NCBI GenBank assembly: GCA_030668825.1
Contig: DAOVET010000053.1
Coordinates: forward strand, 1-16,062
Direction of reading: 5' to 3'
From: Candidatus Heimdallarchaeota archaeon
Lineage (GTDB): Archaea > Asgardarchaeota > Heimdallarchaeia > Heimdallarchaeales > Heimdallarchaeaceae
DNA: 16,062 nucleotides
Under the pieces are notes generated by a model. That model saw only the letters and a list, made by a program, of their open reading frames with translations, was not told where the DNA came from and did not search any database. The first letter of the stretch is position 1. Each line of letters begins with the position of its first letter. This document shows positions 14,849 through 16,062 of this stretch, one piece after another. Both the position numbers and the translations under genes were made by a program.

Positions 14849-16062
14849 ATGAATAGAAGAACGAGGAAGATAGCTTATTTTAGTATTAGTTTGGTATTCA
14901 TAGTTCTCTTAGGGAACTCATATGCCACTTTAGGAATTGACACTGAATTTAATTTAGAGCAGAATGAATATGCAAAGGTTGCTTACGATTTATTCAAAAG
15001 TGATCCTACAAATCCCACACAAGTTCTGAAATACAAATATTTGTCAGAAAATTCCCAACCTGTTTCAGACTTACCAAAACTCAGTGTTCCAGTCAAAACA
15101 GATGTTATAGATGAAGTACAAGATTTTTGGATGATTGATTCCTTTGAATCCTATCCTTATACATATGTGAAAAGATCAGCTCAATTACTAGCTATAGGAG
15201 CAAACAGTTATGTCTATATTTTGAATAGTTTAATTTCATACCATGGACTATCCAATGCAAGAGCAAAAGCAGAAGATTGGAGAGATGAATTTGAAACAAC
15301 GATATACCCAAATGATGTTCTCTACTTTGGTGATCCTGATGGATATCTAGGAGATATCGATGGCGATTCTCATATAACAATCCTAATATCTGATCTGGAT
15401 GGTGGAGTTGCTGGGTATTTTGATCCAAATAATGAAGGAACTGGACCAACTTCAAACCAAAGAGAAATGGTTTATGTTGATTACGATACAACATATGGTG
15501 TTTTAGCTCATGAGTTCCAACATCTAATTCATTTTAATCATGATGAAGATGAATTCTGGTGGGTTGATGAAGGTTGTGCTGAACTTGCCAAATATCTCAA
15601 TGGATATGATGTCACCAATAATTTAACAGTTTTTGCTCGAGATTATTTTGCTCATAATGTTGATGACTCACTATTATATTGGAATTATGAGAGCATAGGT
15701 GGAAAGGATGTACGTATTGATTATGGAGGAGCTTATCTCTTTATTTTCTATTTAGCTGAGAAATATGGGGTTGATGCAATAACCTTCTTAGTCAATGAGA
15801 CGGCTGGTGGAGCACTTGGTGTTGAAAATGCTCTTGCAAACGTTGGATATATTATAGAATTTAATGATTTGTTTCTAAATTGGGCAACAGCATTATATGT
15901 AGACGATACATCATTCGGAGGAGGATTATATGGTTTTACTAATCTCGATATTATGATGGACTATGAATTAATTTCAACAGTTCCAACATCTGAAATTAAT
16001 AAATTAAATCGGTTTTATGGGCTTTATGTTGCAAAGTTGAATTCGCCTCCTGATTACCTTAT
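14849..16062 (+). CDS. Secreted zinc metallopeptidase (gluzincin, M30/hyicolysin-like), 3'-truncated by the window edge
   Basis: Not in the ORF track. Open from ATG 14849 (GAGGT upstream) to the window end. Signal peptide MNRRTRKIAYFSISLVFIVLLGNSYA; GDIDGD; GVAGYF; SNQREMVYV; LAHEFQHLIH (HEFQH at 15509-15523); WVDEGCAE; DYGGAYLFIFYL. Confidence 0.9.
   Translation, partial: MNRRTRKIAYFSISLVFIVLLGNSYATLGIDTEFNLEQNEYAKVAYDLFKSDPTNPTQVLKYKYLSENSQPVSDLPKLSVPVKTDVIDEVQDFWMIDSFESYPYTYVKRSAQLLAIGANSYVYILNSLISYHGLSNARAKAEDWRDEFETTIYPNDVLYFGDPDGYLGDIDGDSHITILISDLDGGVAGYFDPNNEGTGPTSNQREMVYVDYDTTYGVLAHEFQHLIHFNHDEDEFWWVDEGCAELAKYLNGYDVTNNLTVFARDYFAHNVDDSLLYWNYESIGGKDVRIDYGGAYLFIFYLAEKYGVDAITFLVNETAGGALGVENALANVGYIIEFNDLFLNWATALYVDDTSFGGGLYGFTNLDIMMDYELISTVPTSEINKLNRFYGLYVAKLNSPPDYL

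Noticed and set aside
14175-15494. Minus-strand ORFs 14175-14459 and 15192-15494
   Set aside because: Antisense to well-supported plus-strand genes (membrane protein and metallopeptidase).

Overview
AT-rich, densely coding archaeal chromosomal window. An Asgard (Heimdallarchaeia-like) origin is inferred from the MglA-type small GTPase, TATA/BRE promoters, GGTGAT-type Shine-Dalgarno sites, T-tract terminators and sequon-rich exported proteins. Left to right: a partial secreted protein and an MMPL/RND transporter (minus strand); a plus-strand run of a divergent hexulose-phosphate-isomerase-like SIS protein, an orphan MglA-like GTPase, a PD-(D/E)XK nuclease-fold protein and a long coiled-coil protein ending in a winged helix; a convergent AAA+/winged-helix protein whose catalytic motifs appear degenerate; a MacB/FtsX-type ABC permease and its ATPase with an AbrB-like tail; two small membrane proteins; and a partial secreted HExxH metallopeptidase. 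The most unusual signal is the predicted pseudo-ATPase/wHTH gene (8199-9422) with an array of 7-8 degenerate TTCGAA palindromes at about 9-bp period (9452-9519) directly upstream. This is a candidate regulator and cognate DNA site. No rRNA, tRNA, CRISPR array or mobile element was recognised. All family calls are by eye, with no database search.
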